This document shows positions 9,727-20,045 of a DNA stretch of 64,000 nt, in pieces. Below the pieces are notes generated by a model. The model made no database searches, was not told the DNA's origin, and saw only the letters and a list, made by a program, of their open reading frames with translations. Position 1 is the first letter of the stretch. Each line of letters opens with the position of its first letter. The position numbers and the translations under genes are program-made. Source of the stretch: Patescibacteria group bacterium (GTDB lineage: Bacteria; Patescibacteriota; Minisyncoccia; JAHIHE01; JAGLIN01); NCBI GenBank assembly GCA_029210775.1, contig JARGGI010000003.1:4512-68511 (forward strand). Direction: 5' to 3'.

Positions 9727-10131
9727 TTAATATTTAACGCTCTTGCTAAATTCAATTTCATAATCCTTTTTTTGTAATGCGTTCAAGATATAATTGGAGC
9801 GAAAATTACATTTACTCCAACAAAAATTTCCGCTTTCTTCTAAAAATAAACTTATTTTTTCTTCATCGGAATTATAGAATCCCTTTTTACTACTACAACA
9901 GTTTACAGATGTTTCAATATTAATAATTAATTTGTCATTTCCATCCCACTGCTTAGAAATTATTTTATATTCATTTTCATTATATTTTTCACCCCGACTT
10001 ATATTAATTGTAATATAGGGTTTTATCGTTTTATAATTTTTAGTAAAATAAAAATAACAAGTAAAAAAAAATAATATAATAATTAAAACTATAATATAAA
10101 ACATTTTCGTTTTGGAAACCTTTTTTTTCAT
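9727..10131 (-). CDS. hypothetical membrane-anchored protein
   Basis: N-terminal TM helix; Cys-containing extracytoplasmic region; no recognisable family. Confidence 0.45.
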   Translation of the reverse strand: MKKKVSKTKMFYIIVLIIILFFFTCYFYFTKNYKTIKPYITINISRGEKYNENEYKIISKQWDGNDKLIINIETSVNCCSSKKGFYNSDEEKISLFLEESGNFCWSKCNFRSNYILNALQKKDYEIEFSKSVKY

Positions 10132-10155
10132 TTTAAATCAAATAACAAAAAATAA

Positions 10156-10536
10156 TTAGATAGGATGGATGTTTTCCGAAAGACGAGCTCCTCCCAAAAG
10201 ATGCAAATGAATATGATCAACTTCCTGACCTCCTCCTTTTCCAACTCTTATAAGCAATTTATAACCTTTTTTAGAAATTTTTAGATCATCAGAGATTTTT
10301 TTTGCAGTCATAATTAATCTTCCCATCAGTAAAGTGTCTTCCTTTGTCGCTTCTCTGACAGATAAAATATGTTTTTTGGAAATAATAAGAATATGCACTG
10401 GAGCAATTGGGTTTCTGTCTTTAAATGCAACTACTTGATCATCTTCAAAAACAATATCTGCCGGAATTTCTTTATCTACTATTTTGCAAAAAATACAGTC
10501 TGACATAAATTTTAAATAATTATATTGTTTTTCCAA
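10156..10536 (-). CDS. HIT-family (histidine triad) nucleotide hydrolase
   Basis: HIHLHLLGG histidine triad; the true start is probably the internal MSDCIFCKIV. Confidence 0.85.
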   Translation of the reverse strand: MEKQYNYLKFMSDCIFCKIVDKEIPADIVFEDDQVVAFKDRNPIAPVHILIISKKHILSVREATKEDTLLMGRLIMTAKKISDDLKISKKGYKLLIRVGKGGGQEVDHIHLHLLGGARLSENIHPI

Positions 10537-10552
10537 ATTTCATTTATAAGAT

Positions 10553-11878
10553 TTATGCTTTCAATCTTTTTTTAACTTCTTGAACAATACATTCCATCGT
10601 AACAACTTCTTGCATTCCGCTTTCCATATCTCTGATAATAACAGTGTCATCAAGGGCTTCTTTTTGTCCAATAATTAAAGCTAATTTAGAATTATATCTA
10701 TTCGCCATTCTTAATTGCGATTTAATGCTACCCCTCCCAAGAGACTCGCCAGCTACAATATTACTGTCAATTAATTTATCGAAGAGTCTTAATATTTTTT
10801 TTCTTGCCATATTTCCAAGCTGAACAAGAAACACATCTTTTCTAATTTTTTGTTCAAGATGAAATCCACTTGAAAGCAATCTTTCTACCGCTCTTTCAAT
10901 TCCAAATGAAAAACCGACGGCAGGAGTGTCTTCACCGCCCAATGTTCTAATTAAATCATTATACCTTCCTCCTCCTCCCAAAGAAGTTTGAGCTCCTTCC
11001 ACACCATCTTCCCATATTTCAAAAACTGTCTTCGTATAATAATCGAGACCTCGAACAAGACTCGAATTCAAAACATAAGAAATTTCAAGTTCATCCAAAA
11101 ATTCCAAAACATTTTTAAAATGATCATGACATCCTTCACAAAGATGATCAATAATTTGCGGAGCAGAAGAAGCAACTTGCATACACTTCTCTTCTTTACA
11201 ATCCAAAAGCCTAAGAGGATTTTCTGATAATCTTCTCTTACAATCCAAACACAACTTGTTAATTTTCATTTCATAATAATCAACCAACAATTTCTTATAG
11301 ACAGGCCGACACTCACTGCAACCAATACTATTAACTTGTATTGTTGTATTTTTTATACCTATTTTCTGAAAAATTTTCCAAGCTAAATAAATTATCTGAG
11401 CATCAACAGCAGAACATTCATCGCCAAAAATTTCAGCTCCAAATTGATGATGCTGTCTATATCTTCCTGCCTGGGGTTTCTCATAACGAAACATCGGACC
11501 TTCATAAAAAAGTTTTACGGGCTGAGACCACTTACTCATTCCATTTTCGATATAAGCTCTTGCAACTCCAGCCGTTCCTTCAGGTCTCAAAGATACCGCA
11601 TCTTTGCCTTGAGTTTCAAAAGTATACATTTCCTTTTCAACTATATCTGTTATTTGTCCCACGCCTCTATAAAAAAGTTCAGTGTGTTCCAAGATTGGAG
11701 TTTCAATTCTCCCAAATCCAAAATCATTACACAATTTTCGAGCTTTTTCAAGAATATAATCCCAAATAAATTGCTCTGGTGGCAAAATATCATTCATTCC
11801 TCTAACCGCCTGAACGGGAACTTTCTTTTTTCTATGCTTCTTATCTTCTTTTTTTTCGATTTTTTTTACTCTTGGCAT
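10553..11878 (-). CDS. hisS: histidyl-tRNA synthetase with a Lys-rich N-terminal extension
   Basis: Class II motifs (GMNDILP, LRPEGTAGVAR, FRYEKPQAGRYRQHHQFG, GGGGRYNDL) and an anticodon-binding C-terminus. Confidence 0.9.
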   Translation of the reverse strand: MPRVKKIEKKEDKKHRKKKVPVQAVRGMNDILPPEQFIWDYILEKARKLCNDFGFGRIETPILEHTELFYRGVGQITDIVEKEMYTFETQGKDAVSLRPEGTAGVARAYIENGMSKWSQPVKLFYEGPMFRYEKPQAGRYRQHHQFGAEIFGDECSAVDAQIIYLAWKIFQKIGIKNTTIQVNSIGCSECRPVYKKLLVDYYEMKINKLCLDCKRRLSENPLRLLDCKEEKCMQVASSAPQIIDHLCEGCHDHFKNVLEFLDELEISYVLNSSLVRGLDYYTKTVFEIWEDGVEGAQTSLGGGGRYNDLIRTLGGEDTPAVGFSFGIERAVERLLSSGFHLEQKIRKDVFLVQLGNMARKKILRLFDKLIDSNIVAGESLGRGSIKSQLRMANRYNSKLALIIGQKEALDDTVIIRDMESGMQEVVTMECIVQEVKKRLKA

Positions 11879-11916
11879 ATCTTATATTTTAAAATTTATA
11901 AAGTATATTTAACAAT

Positions 11917-12450
11917 TTAACTAAAAACACTTTCTGCAAATTGATCAATTTGTGATACTTTTTCAGAATTATTTTCAACCTCATTAGATTCTTTTGCTTC
12001 AAAGCTTAAATCTCCGATTGGAACAAGTCCAAGCTCATTTGAAATATATTCAAAATAATTAATAACTTTCATAGATGAAGCAGAGCCACTTTGTCCCACA
12101 CAAATAGAGGCAAATTTCTTCCCCTTTAATTTTTTAGTTGTATAAAATAAATTTAATCTATCAATAAAATTTTTCATCATTCCCGTAACACTATCAAAAT
12201 AAATTGGACTGCCAAAAATAATAATGTCACTTTCTTCAAGCTTTGAATATATTATTTGCATATCATCTTTGATATTGCACAAACCTGTTGAGTCACAAGT
12301 TAAACACCCGTTACAAAACTCAATACTTTTACTTTTAAGCATTACAAAATCAGTATCTAAACCTTTTTTTTCAGCATTAATTAATATTCTTTTCAAAATA
12401 AACTCCATATTTCCACTTCGAGGACTGCCACAAATTGCAATAACTCTCAT
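11917..12450 (-). CDS. flavodoxin-like NAD(P)H-dependent FMN reductase / iron-sulfur flavoprotein
   Basis: MRVIAICGSPRSGN start; CNGCLTCDSTGLC cluster; IIFGSPIYF. Confidence 0.7.
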   Translation of the reverse strand: MRVIAICGSPRSGNMEFILKRILINAEKKGLDTDFVMLKSKSIEFCNGCLTCDSTGLCNIKDDMQIIYSKLEESDIIIFGSPIYFDSVTGMMKNFIDRLNLFYTTKKLKGKKFASICVGQSGSASSMKVINYFEYISNELGLVPIGDLSFEAKESNEVENNSEKVSQIDQFAESVFS

Positions 12451-12466
12451 AATTTTATAATATATA

Positions 12467-13063
12467 TTAATAATTTATTTCTTCAAACACAGCAAAATTT
12501 GAAACGGGCCATGCTCTAATCCATGCCTTTCCAACAATATAATGCTTTTCAAGCACTCCCCATCTGCGTGAATCAGCACTTGCTGTTCTATTATCTCCTA
12601 AAACATAATACTGATTGTTTTTCAATTCTTTTTCATAATCTCCCATCGTCAAAACATCACTTGGAAGATAAACACCCTCTTTAATTATAAACCCTTCTGG
12701 ATTTTCATTATTATATATTATTATCGTATTATCTTTAATTTTAATTTTTTCACCTGGTAAACCAATTACTCTTTTTATATAATATTCTCTTACATCATAT
12801 GGATAGTGAAAAATAATTACATCTCCACGCTCAGGCTCCCCCAGTCGATAACTAATTTCATCAACAATCAAATAATCACCATCGAAAAAATTTGGCTCCA
12901 TACTTTTTCCACTAACAAAAAATGGCTGCATAACAAACGCTCTAATTCCAATTATTACAACCAAACTTATAACTACGATTTTAATTGTCTCAAAAGAAAA
13001 GCTCTTAACTTCTGAAATAAACGATACTTTGTTGTTATTTTCATTTTTATTGTCTATATCCAT
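12467..13063 (-). CDS. lepB: signal peptidase I
   Basis: S26 boxes GKSMEPNF and GDNRTASADSR; N-terminal anchor. Confidence 0.9.
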   Translation of the reverse strand: MDIDNKNENNNKVSFISEVKSFSFETIKIVVISLVVIIGIRAFVMQPFFVSGKSMEPNFFDGDYLIVDEISYRLGEPERGDVIIFHYPYDVREYYIKRVIGLPGEKIKIKDNTIIIYNNENPEGFIIKEGVYLPSDVLTMGDYEKELKNNQYYVLGDNRTASADSRRWGVLEKHYIVGKAWIRAWPVSNFAVFEEINY

Positions 13064-13227
13064 TATTTATAAATATTATTAATTTAATAATCAAATGCGT
13101 AACAAGTTAAGAATACAACCTTTAAACGAAGAAGTCAACGGCTATATGGCTTTGATTATTAGACAATAAAGCCTGTTTATTATAAAATAAATTCAAATAG
13201 TCTTTTATATTTGTTTTTTCCATAAAA

Positions 13228-14553
13228 ATGCTAAAATTTTTAATAAAATTTATTGTTTTGTTAATTGTCATTATTTTTTTCTTTACCGCATCTCTATCCT
13301 ATCAATTCTTTTCAGCGGGACAAAAGATATTTGACAATTCAGAAAAAATTTCAATGATTAAGCAACTTGAAGAATTAGTTTTTAATCCCCCAAAATATTT
13401 GAAAGGAGAAGAGGAAAATCGAATTAATATTCTACTTATGGGAAAAGGTGGTGATGGACACAATGGCGGAGACTTAACAGATACAATTATAATTGCAAGC
13501 ATTAAACCTCAAGAAAACGAAGCTGCACTAATTTCAATTCCAAGAGATTTATATGTTAACATTCCTGGAACAAACATAAATACAAAAATAAATGCAGTGA
13601 AACCTTTTGGAGACAAAAGTAAAGAAAAAAACGGCACTGAATTGATAAAAAAATTAACAAGTGAAATTTCGGGTCTCGACATTCATTATTTTGTTGAATT
13701 GGACTTTAACGGTTTTATCAAGGTTATTGACGAGATAGGCGGAATTGATGTTTATTTAGAAAATGACATAAATGATCTAACATATCCAAATTTTAATAAA
13801 GGATATGACCCTTTTTATATTTCAAAAGGATGGCAGCACCTTGATGGCACAACAGCATTAAAAGTTGCAAGATCAAGACACAGTAAAATGGGAGATTTTG
13901 ATCGAATTAAAAGACAACAAATCATCATAAAAGCTACCAAGCAAAAAATATTTAAAAACTATTCGAAATACGATATTGTGGGATTTAAAAACATTTTAGA
14001 TTCTTTGAGTGAAAATTTAAAAACAGATATTCAACTGAAAGAGCTCCCTCGATTTTACAAAATTTCAAAAGAAATTAAAAATCACAAAATCACTGCCGAA
14101 ACAATTGATACACGAAAATATCTGAACCGCACCTATGTTGGAATGGGATATACTCTTCAAGCAAGAGATGAAGAATATGAGGAAATAAAAAATCTTACTG
14201 AGAATATTTTCAACTTTGAAATACCTCAAGAAAGAAAAGATCTCATAAAAAAAGAAGGTGCAAATATTGAAATCAGGAACGGAACAGGAACACTTGATCT
14301 GGCAAATAAAGTCGCTTTTGATTTGGAAGAATTTGGCTACAGAATTATCAAATCCACAAATATAGGTCCTCCCAGTTTCTCCGGTGCACAAATTTACAAT
14401 TATTCAGGAGATTTAAAACCGAACACTTTAGATTTTTTGAAAGAAAAGTTTAATGCTGTTATAATAGAAACATCAAACACCGAAGACGAACAAATGTTTA
14501 TTCGCCCTAATACTAAAGCGGATTTTGTGATTGTGTTAGGAAGAGGATTCTAA
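13228..14553 (+). CDS. LytR-CpsA-Psr (LCP) family cell-envelope phosphotransferase
   Basis: N-terminal TM; ISIPRDLYVNIPG...; RSRHSKMGDFDRIKRQQ; C-terminal LytR_C-like region. Confidence 0.85.
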   Translation: MLKFLIKFIVLLIVIIFFFTASLSYQFFSAGQKIFDNSEKISMIKQLEELVFNPPKYLKGEEENRINILLMGKGGDGHNGGDLTDTIIIASIKPQENEAALISIPRDLYVNIPGTNINTKINAVKPFGDKSKEKNGTELIKKLTSEISGLDIHYFVELDFNGFIKVIDEIGGIDVYLENDINDLTYPNFNKGYDPFYISKGWQHLDGTTALKVARSRHSKMGDFDRIKRQQIIIKATKQKIFKNYSKYDIVGFKNILDSLSENLKTDIQLKELPRFYKISKEIKNHKITAETIDTRKYLNRTYVGMGYTLQARDEEYEEIKNLTENIFNFEIPQERKDLIKKEGANIEIRNGTGTLDLANKVAFDLEEFGYRIIKSTNIGPPSFSGAQIYNYSGDLKPNTLDFLKEKFNAVIIETSNTEDEQMFIRPNTKADFVIVLGRGF

Positions 14554-14562
14554 GAATAATAA

Positions 14563-14702
14563 CTGTCATTGCGAGAAATAAAACGAAGCGATTGCGTAGT
14601 AGAATAATGAAGCAATCCCGTAACTACGCACGAGAAATTTAATTATAGGATTGCTTCGTTATATTCTCATTCATTACGCTCATAAGGGCATTTCGCAATA
14701 AC
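14563..14702 (+). other. structured intergenic element upstream of pth with nested and mutually exclusive inverted repeats
   Basis: Outer stem GTCATTGCGAGAAAT / ATTTCGCAATAAC. GGATTGCTTCGTT (14648-14660) can pair with either AATGAAGCAATCC (14606-14618) or AACGAAGC (14582-14589). The inner pair is TGCGTAGT / ACTACGCA. GC content is locally elevated. Confidence 0.4.
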
Positions 14703-14727
14703 ATTTTTAATTATAAAACTTACCCAT

Positions 14728-15255
14728 ATGAAATTAATTATCGGTCTTGGAAATCCTGGTGACGAATTTAAAAAAACCAGACATAATACTGGTTTCATGA
14801 CAATTGATAAAATTGCTTTGACTTTTCAAATTTCATCTCCCACTTTTCAATCAAAATTCAATGCTGAAATTTCAAACGGTTCTATTGATAATGAAAAAAT
14901 AATACTCGCAAAACCGCAAACCTTTATGAACAACTCAGGTCAAGCAGCCAAATCTATTATAGAATACTATAAAATTAAGCCAGAAGAAATTATTGTTATT
15001 CACGACGATCTTGATATTCCTCTCGGAGAATATAAAATCTCAAAAAATAAAAATTCCGGTGGACATAAGGGAGTCCAGTCAATTATTGATTATTTAGGAA
15101 CGAAGGATTTTACTAGAATTAGAATTGGGATTGGAATTCCATCAAATGAAAATGAAAAAATCCCAACAGAAAAGTTTGTTCTTAAAAAATTTAGCAACAA
15201 TGAAATTAAAATCGTTGAAAAAATAATTAATAACATCGTTAACCAAATTTTATAA
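14728..15255 (+). CDS. pth: peptidyl-tRNA hydrolase
   Basis: MKLIIGLGNPG...TRHNTGF; HDDLD. Confidence 0.95.
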   Translation: MKLIIGLGNPGDEFKKTRHNTGFMTIDKIALTFQISSPTFQSKFNAEISNGSIDNEKIILAKPQTFMNNSGQAAKSIIEYYKIKPEEIIVIHDDLDIPLGEYKISKNKNSGGHKGVQSIIDYLGTKDFTRIRIGIGIPSNENEKIPTEKFVLKKFSNNEIKIVEKIINNIVNQIL

Positions 15256-15265
15256 AAATATACTA

Positions 15266-15300
15266 AAGGAAGAATTTAGCCTCTTCCTTGTTAGTTCTTA
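15266..15300 (+). terminator. probable rho-independent terminator after pth
   Basis: AAGGAAGA-atttagcc-TCTTCCTT stem-loop followed by a T-rich stretch. Confidence 0.45.
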
Positions 15301-15307
15301 TATTATA

Positions 15308-15436
15308 CCGTCAACTATCCTGTTTATAAGCATAAGGTCCAAATTTACAAGAAAAATAAACCTTAATCTTAGAGCTAATCATACAACTAAGGAGGGATTG
15401 TTGTATTTTCACCACTCATAAACAGGATAGTGGACG
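15308..15436. repeat. 22-bp imperfect inverted repeat (CGTCAACTATCCTGTTTATAAG ... CTCATAAACAGGATAGTGGACG) enclosing about 83 nt with internal hairpins and an AAGGAGGG box
   Basis: Seen directly; 19 of 22 positions are complementary; lies between pth and dprA. Confidence 0.4.
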
Positions 15437-15495
15437 CTAATTTTTGTTTAAAATAAGCAGACAATCAAATATATAGATTACTTTTCTTTCCCAAC

Positions 15496-15524
15496 TTGAC
15501 AGAATATCACAAATCAAGGAAAAT
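15496..15524 (+). promoter_or_regulatory. candidate dprA promoter (TTGACA-N17-GAAAAT) inside the 7-bp inverted repeat CTTGACA...TGTCAAG
   Basis: Seen directly; the -10 is weak. Confidence 0.3.
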
Positions 15525-15553
15525 GTCAAGGCATTTCCCAATAAAAAAAATAA

Positions 15554-16648
15554 ATGACAAATGAGCACAAATATTACAACGCATTCAATTTAATCCCGCA
15601 AATAGGACCATTGCGATTCAAAAAATTACAAAGTTATTTTGAATCAATGGAAAGCGCCTGGAATGCAAATTCAGAGGAATATATAAAAGCGGGGTTGGAA
15701 AACAATATAGCCGAAAAAATCATTCTCACAAAAAACAAAATTTCACCAGAAGAAGAATTTGAAAAACTTGAAAAAGAAAATATACAAATAGTTATCACAA
15801 GAGATAAATTGTATCCTAGTTTTCTCAAAGAAATTCACAGCGCTCCAGCACTACTTTATTATAAAGGCGAGATGAAAAGCGACGAACTTGCCATAGCAAT
15901 TGTTGGCTCACGAAAAGTTTCTATATATGGAAGACAAGTCACTGAACAGTTTGCAAAAGAACTGTCTCAAGCTGGAATGAATATTGTGAGTGGAATGGCT
16001 TTAGGAATTGATGGCATTGCGCACAGAGAATGTATAAAACAAAAAAATAGAACCATCGCTGTTCTTGGAAGCGGAATTGACACAAACAGCATCTATCCAT
16101 CAAGTAATCATCAAATTGCCGAAGAAATAATTTCAACTGGAGGTGCAGTGCTCAGTGAATATCCAATTGGCACACCTCCACTCAAACAACATTTTCCTGC
16201 CCGAAACAGAATTATAAGCGGTCTTTCTCTCGGAATTTTGGTAATTGAAGCAGCACAGTCTTCAGGAGCGCTCATTACTGCGAAATTCGCTCTTGAACAA
16301 AACCGAGAAGTGTTTGCAATTCCTGGAAATATATATTCCAAAACATCAGAAGGTACAAATAATCTAATTAAACTCGGAGCAAAACTTGTAACAAAAACGA
16401 AAGATATTTTGGAAGAGCTCAACCTTAAATTTATGACTGAAATCAAAAAAGCCAAAGAAATAATCCCAGATAATGAAGAAGAAAAAATAATTTTAGAAAA
16501 CCTATCCCTTGATGAACCAATTCACATTGACCAACTTGCAAAAAAAATTAAAATGAATGTAACTGCAGTTTCAAGCTTGTTGACACTTATGGAGATAAAA
16601 GGTAAAGTCAAAAATATTGGTGGGATGAGATATGTCGTAGCGAGTTAA
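15554..16648 (+). CDS. dprA: DNA-processing protein DprA/Smf
   Basis: Rossmann-fold DprA core (GSRKVSIYGRQVTEQFAKELSQAGMNIVSGMALGIDGIAH) plus a C-terminal winged-helix region. Confidence 0.9.
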   Translation: MTNEHKYYNAFNLIPQIGPLRFKKLQSYFESMESAWNANSEEYIKAGLENNIAEKIILTKNKISPEEEFEKLEKENIQIVITRDKLYPSFLKEIHSAPALLYYKGEMKSDELAIAIVGSRKVSIYGRQVTEQFAKELSQAGMNIVSGMALGIDGIAHRECIKQKNRTIAVLGSGIDTNSIYPSSNHQIAEEIISTGGAVLSEYPIGTPPLKQHFPARNRIISGLSLGILVIEAAQSSGALITAKFALEQNREVFAIPGNIYSKTSEGTNNLIKLGAKLVTKTKDILEELNLKFMTEIKKAKEIIPDNEEEKIILENLSLDEPIHIDQLAKKIKMNVTAVSSLLTLMEIKGKVKNIGGMRYVVAS

Positions 16649-16927
16649 AAGTTCAAATGAAAAACTTAAAGTTTATAAATATTTTTAAATATTAGTTAAA
16701 AAAATTCTCACTTTATATATATCATTTTAAACTTGATTTAGAATCTGTCTTCGCTTTTCATTAAATTTATATTATTTTTAATAAATACTCGCTAATAGCC
16801 AATATATAAAAATTAGATATTAAAAATATTTATTTTAACATACAAAAGATTCTGTTCTAAATGAAAAATGACAGTTTATATATAGAGATAGAAGAAATAA
16901 AAAAAGAGATGTAATAAAATATTATTT

Positions 16928-19150
16928 ATGTCAAATACAAAAATGAAAAAACTTATCATTGTTGAATCACCCACCAAAGCCAAAACTATCACAAAATTTT
17001 TGGGAAAAGAATATATTGTCAAATCTTCATTTGGACATCTTCGGGATTTGCCGAAAAGCAAGTTAGGAGTTGATACAGAAAATAATTTTGAGCCAGAATA
17101 TGTCATCAATGACAAGAGCAAAAAACAAGCTAACGAACTGAAAAAATATGCCAAACAGTGTGATGAAATCATTTTGGCATCTGATGAGGATCGCGAAGGA
17201 GAAGCAATTGCTTGGCATCTTGCACAAATTCTGAATCTTGAAGGATTTGGAAATGGAAAAAACGAGATGAAATATAAAAGAATTGTTTTTCATGAAATCA
17301 CAAAAACTGCTATTGAAGAAGCTTTGAAAAATCCGCGCAAAATTGACATCAATTTAGTTGATGCGCAGCAAGCCCGCCGAATTCTTGATCGTCTTGTGGG
17401 CTATAAACTTTCTCCCCTTCTTTGGAAAAAAATTCGTTATGGTCTTTCTGCTGGCCGAGTTCAGTCTGTGGCAGTTCGCTTGATTTGTGAAAGAGAAGAA
17501 GAAATTAATAAGTTTAATCCTGAAGAATATTGGTCAATTGAAGCGATACTTCAAAAAAATGGCAACGACACAAAAATCAAATCTCGACTCATGAAAATTT
17601 CGAGTAAATCTATTCCAAAGCTCGGTGTCAAAACTCAAAAAGAAGCTGAAAAAATCAAAACTGATCTTGAAAAAGCAATTTATAAAATTGAAAAAATCAG
17701 AAAGAAAGAAACTAAAAAAAATCCACTTCCACCCTTTACGACCAGCACACTGCAACAAGCTGCCAGCAATCGATTTGGATATAGTGCCAAACAAACCATG
17801 ATGATTGCCCAACAACTTTACGAAGGAATTGACATTGGCGACAAAGGATCCAGTGGTTTGATAACTTATATGAGAACCGATTCCTTAAATCTGAGCAAAA
17901 GCTCTCTTGAATCAGCCAAAAAATATATCACCGCTAAATTTGGTAAAGAATATTCCGAACAAAGAGTTTTCAGAACTAAAAACAAAGGTGCTCAAGAAGC
18001 ACATGAAGCAATTCGCCCTGCCAATCCAGAGCTTGAACCAGACAGCATTAAAAATTTTCTTGATAATAAACAATTCAAGCTATATGAATTGATTTGGCAA
18101 AGAATGCTTGCTTCTCAAATGGCCAGTGCGATTACAGATTCAACGACCGTTGATATTTTGACTGACAATAAATATACTCTCCGTGCCAACGGTTCAACAA
18201 TCAAATTTGAAGGTTTTTTAAAAGTATATCCAACAAAATCTGAAGAAATTATTTTACCAGAACTTTCTAAAAAAGAAACACTTAATCTTTTGAAAATTAT
18301 TAATGAACAACACTCCACTCAACCTCCTGCAAGATTCAACGAAGCAAGTTTGATTAAAATTCTCGAAGAACTTGGAATTGGTAGACCTTCAACCTATGCT
18401 CCAACAATTAGCACAATTCAAGATCGTGGCTATGTAGAAAAAATTGAGAAGAGACTTCACCCTCAAGAAATTGGTATATTAGTAAATAAGTTATTAGTTC
18501 AACATTTTCCAGAAACTGTAGATGTAAAATTCACAGCAAAAATGGAAAGCGACCTAGATGAAGTTGCCGAAAACAAAAAAAATTGGGTAAAAATTTTAAA
18601 TGATTTTTATAAACCGTTTAATAAAAATTTAATGGAAAAAGATAAAGAAATTGATAAAAAAGAACTCACTGAGGAAAAGACCGATGAAAAATGTGAGAAA
18701 TGTGGTTCTCCTATGATTATTAAACTTGGACGCTTTGGTAAATTTATGGCTTGTACAAATTATCCCGATTGTAAAACAACAAAACAACTCGGAGAAGAAA
18801 AAGAACTGAATGAAGAATTTTCTGATGAAAAATGTGAGAAATGTGGAAAACCAATGGCAGTAAAAAGAGGTCGATTCGGAACATTTTTAGGATGTACTGG
18901 TTATCCTGATTGCAAAACAATAAAACCAATTGTGAAGTCAACAGGAACAAAATGTCCCCAATGCAATAAAAATGACATTGTAGAAAAAAAATCAAAAGCA
19001 GGTAGAACATTTTTTGCCTGCAATGGCTATCCTGATTGTAAATTTGCTCTCTGGAGCAAACCAACGGGAGAAAAATGTCCCAAGTGTCAAAGCTTAATGA
19101 TTTTTGCAAAAAATGACAGTACAATATGTTCAAACAAAGAATGTAAATAG
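16928..19150 (+). CDS. topA: DNA topoisomerase I with four C-terminal C4 zinc ribbons
   Basis: TOPRIM (IVESPTKAKTI), the active-site region and repeated CxxC-x16-CxxC ribbons. Confidence 0.95.
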   Translation: MSNTKMKKLIIVESPTKAKTITKFLGKEYIVKSSFGHLRDLPKSKLGVDTENNFEPEYVINDKSKKQANELKKYAKQCDEIILASDEDREGEAIAWHLAQILNLEGFGNGKNEMKYKRIVFHEITKTAIEEALKNPRKIDINLVDAQQARRILDRLVGYKLSPLLWKKIRYGLSAGRVQSVAVRLICEREEEINKFNPEEYWSIEAILQKNGNDTKIKSRLMKISSKSIPKLGVKTQKEAEKIKTDLEKAIYKIEKIRKKETKKNPLPPFTTSTLQQAASNRFGYSAKQTMMIAQQLYEGIDIGDKGSSGLITYMRTDSLNLSKSSLESAKKYITAKFGKEYSEQRVFRTKNKGAQEAHEAIRPANPELEPDSIKNFLDNKQFKLYELIWQRMLASQMASAITDSTTVDILTDNKYTLRANGSTIKFEGFLKVYPTKSEEIILPELSKKETLNLLKIINEQHSTQPPARFNEASLIKILEELGIGRPSTYAPTISTIQDRGYVEKIEKRLHPQEIGILVNKLLVQHFPETVDVKFTAKMESDLDEVAENKKNWVKILNDFYKPFNKNLMEKDKEIDKKELTEEKTDEKCEKCGSPMIIKLGRFGKFMACTNYPDCKTTKQLGEEKELNEEFSDEKCEKCGKPMAVKRGRFGTFLGCTGYPDCKTIKPIVKSTGTKCPQCNKNDIVEKKSKAGRTFFACNGYPDCKFALWSKPTGEKCPKCQSLMIFAKNDSTICSNKECK

Positions 19151-19199
19151 TAAAAAATTATAAAACTTCTTATTAATTTTTTAATCATAAGTCAAAGAT

Positions 19200-19766
19200 A
19201 TGAAAAAAATAATAATAGGAGCTTCTGGAGATGTTGGAAGTTTTTCCGCACAAGCTTCAAAAGAATATGCAAGAACAAATAACATAATAAATTACGAAAT
19301 TAAATATCTAATATCCGTAGAAAAAGTACTCAAAGAACTTGATGAAAAAAAAATTGACCTTGGAGTATTTCCGATTGAAAACTCAAATGGTGGAATTGTA
19401 ATTGAAAGCATAAATGCAATGAGTAAACATATTTTCAAGATAAAAAATATATTTGAGATTCCAGTAGTTCAATGTCTTTTGACAAAACCTGGAATTGAAA
19501 AAGAAGACATAAAAACAATTGCGTCTCATGATCAGGCCCTAAAACAATGTAAAACTTATCTCAAAAGAAGTTGGACAGAAACTGAATTAACAGAAACTGA
19601 AGATACTGCAAAATCCGCAAAAGAGCTCTCGGAAGGAATTCTTAGTGAAGACACCGCAGTTCTTGCTCCTGAAAGTTGCGCAACCCTATATGGACTTATT
19701 GTTATGGAAAAAGGAATTCAGGATTTAAAATTCAACTTTACGAATTTCTTGGTGGTGGAAAAATAA
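19200..19766 (+). CDS. pheA: prephenate dehydratase, catalytic domain only (no ACT domain), paralog 1
   Basis: GxxGSFS...FPIENSNGG...IASHDQALKQC...DTAVLAP...NFTNF matches the PDT domain; 188 aa. Confidence 0.75.
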   Translation: MKKIIIGASGDVGSFSAQASKEYARTNNIINYEIKYLISVEKVLKELDEKKIDLGVFPIENSNGGIVIESINAMSKHIFKIKNIFEIPVVQCLLTKPGIEKEDIKTIASHDQALKQCKTYLKRSWTETELTETEDTAKSAKELSEGILSEDTAVLAPESCATLYGLIVMEKGIQDLKFNFTNFLVVEK

Positions 19767-19770
19767 AAAT

Positions 19771-19810
19771 CAAAAAAATAAGAGAGTATTATTTTTTACT
19801 CTCTTTTTTC
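19771..19810. terminator. bidirectional rho-independent terminator
   Basis: A-run, then the AAGAGAGTA / TACTCTCTT stem, then a T-run; sits between two convergent genes. Confidence 0.6.
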
Positions 19811-19990
19811 ATTTATTTTTTCTTTTAATGCAATAGTCGCAGCCTGTAAGGCTTTTTTTTGATCCGAAGGCTCTATTGCGTCAATATGTTTCTCTATATA
19901 CTTAATATAAATATTCGCCATCGTAATGTCATCGCGTTCAAAACTGTCAGTAGCCCTGCGAAGTTCCTGTTCAAGGTAATCTAAATTCAT
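19796..19990 (-). CDS. small hypothetical helical protein (64 aa)
   Basis: Good SD (AAAGGAGAA, 5 nt before the ATG); no recognisable family. Confidence 0.5.
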   Translation of the reverse strand: MNLDYLEQELRRATDSFERDDITMANIYIKYIEKHIDAIEPSDQKKALQAATIALKEKINEKRE

Positions 19991-20045
19991 TTCAATTCTC
20001 CTTTAAATTTTTCTTACGCTTTCTATTTGTTTTATGAAAATTCGT

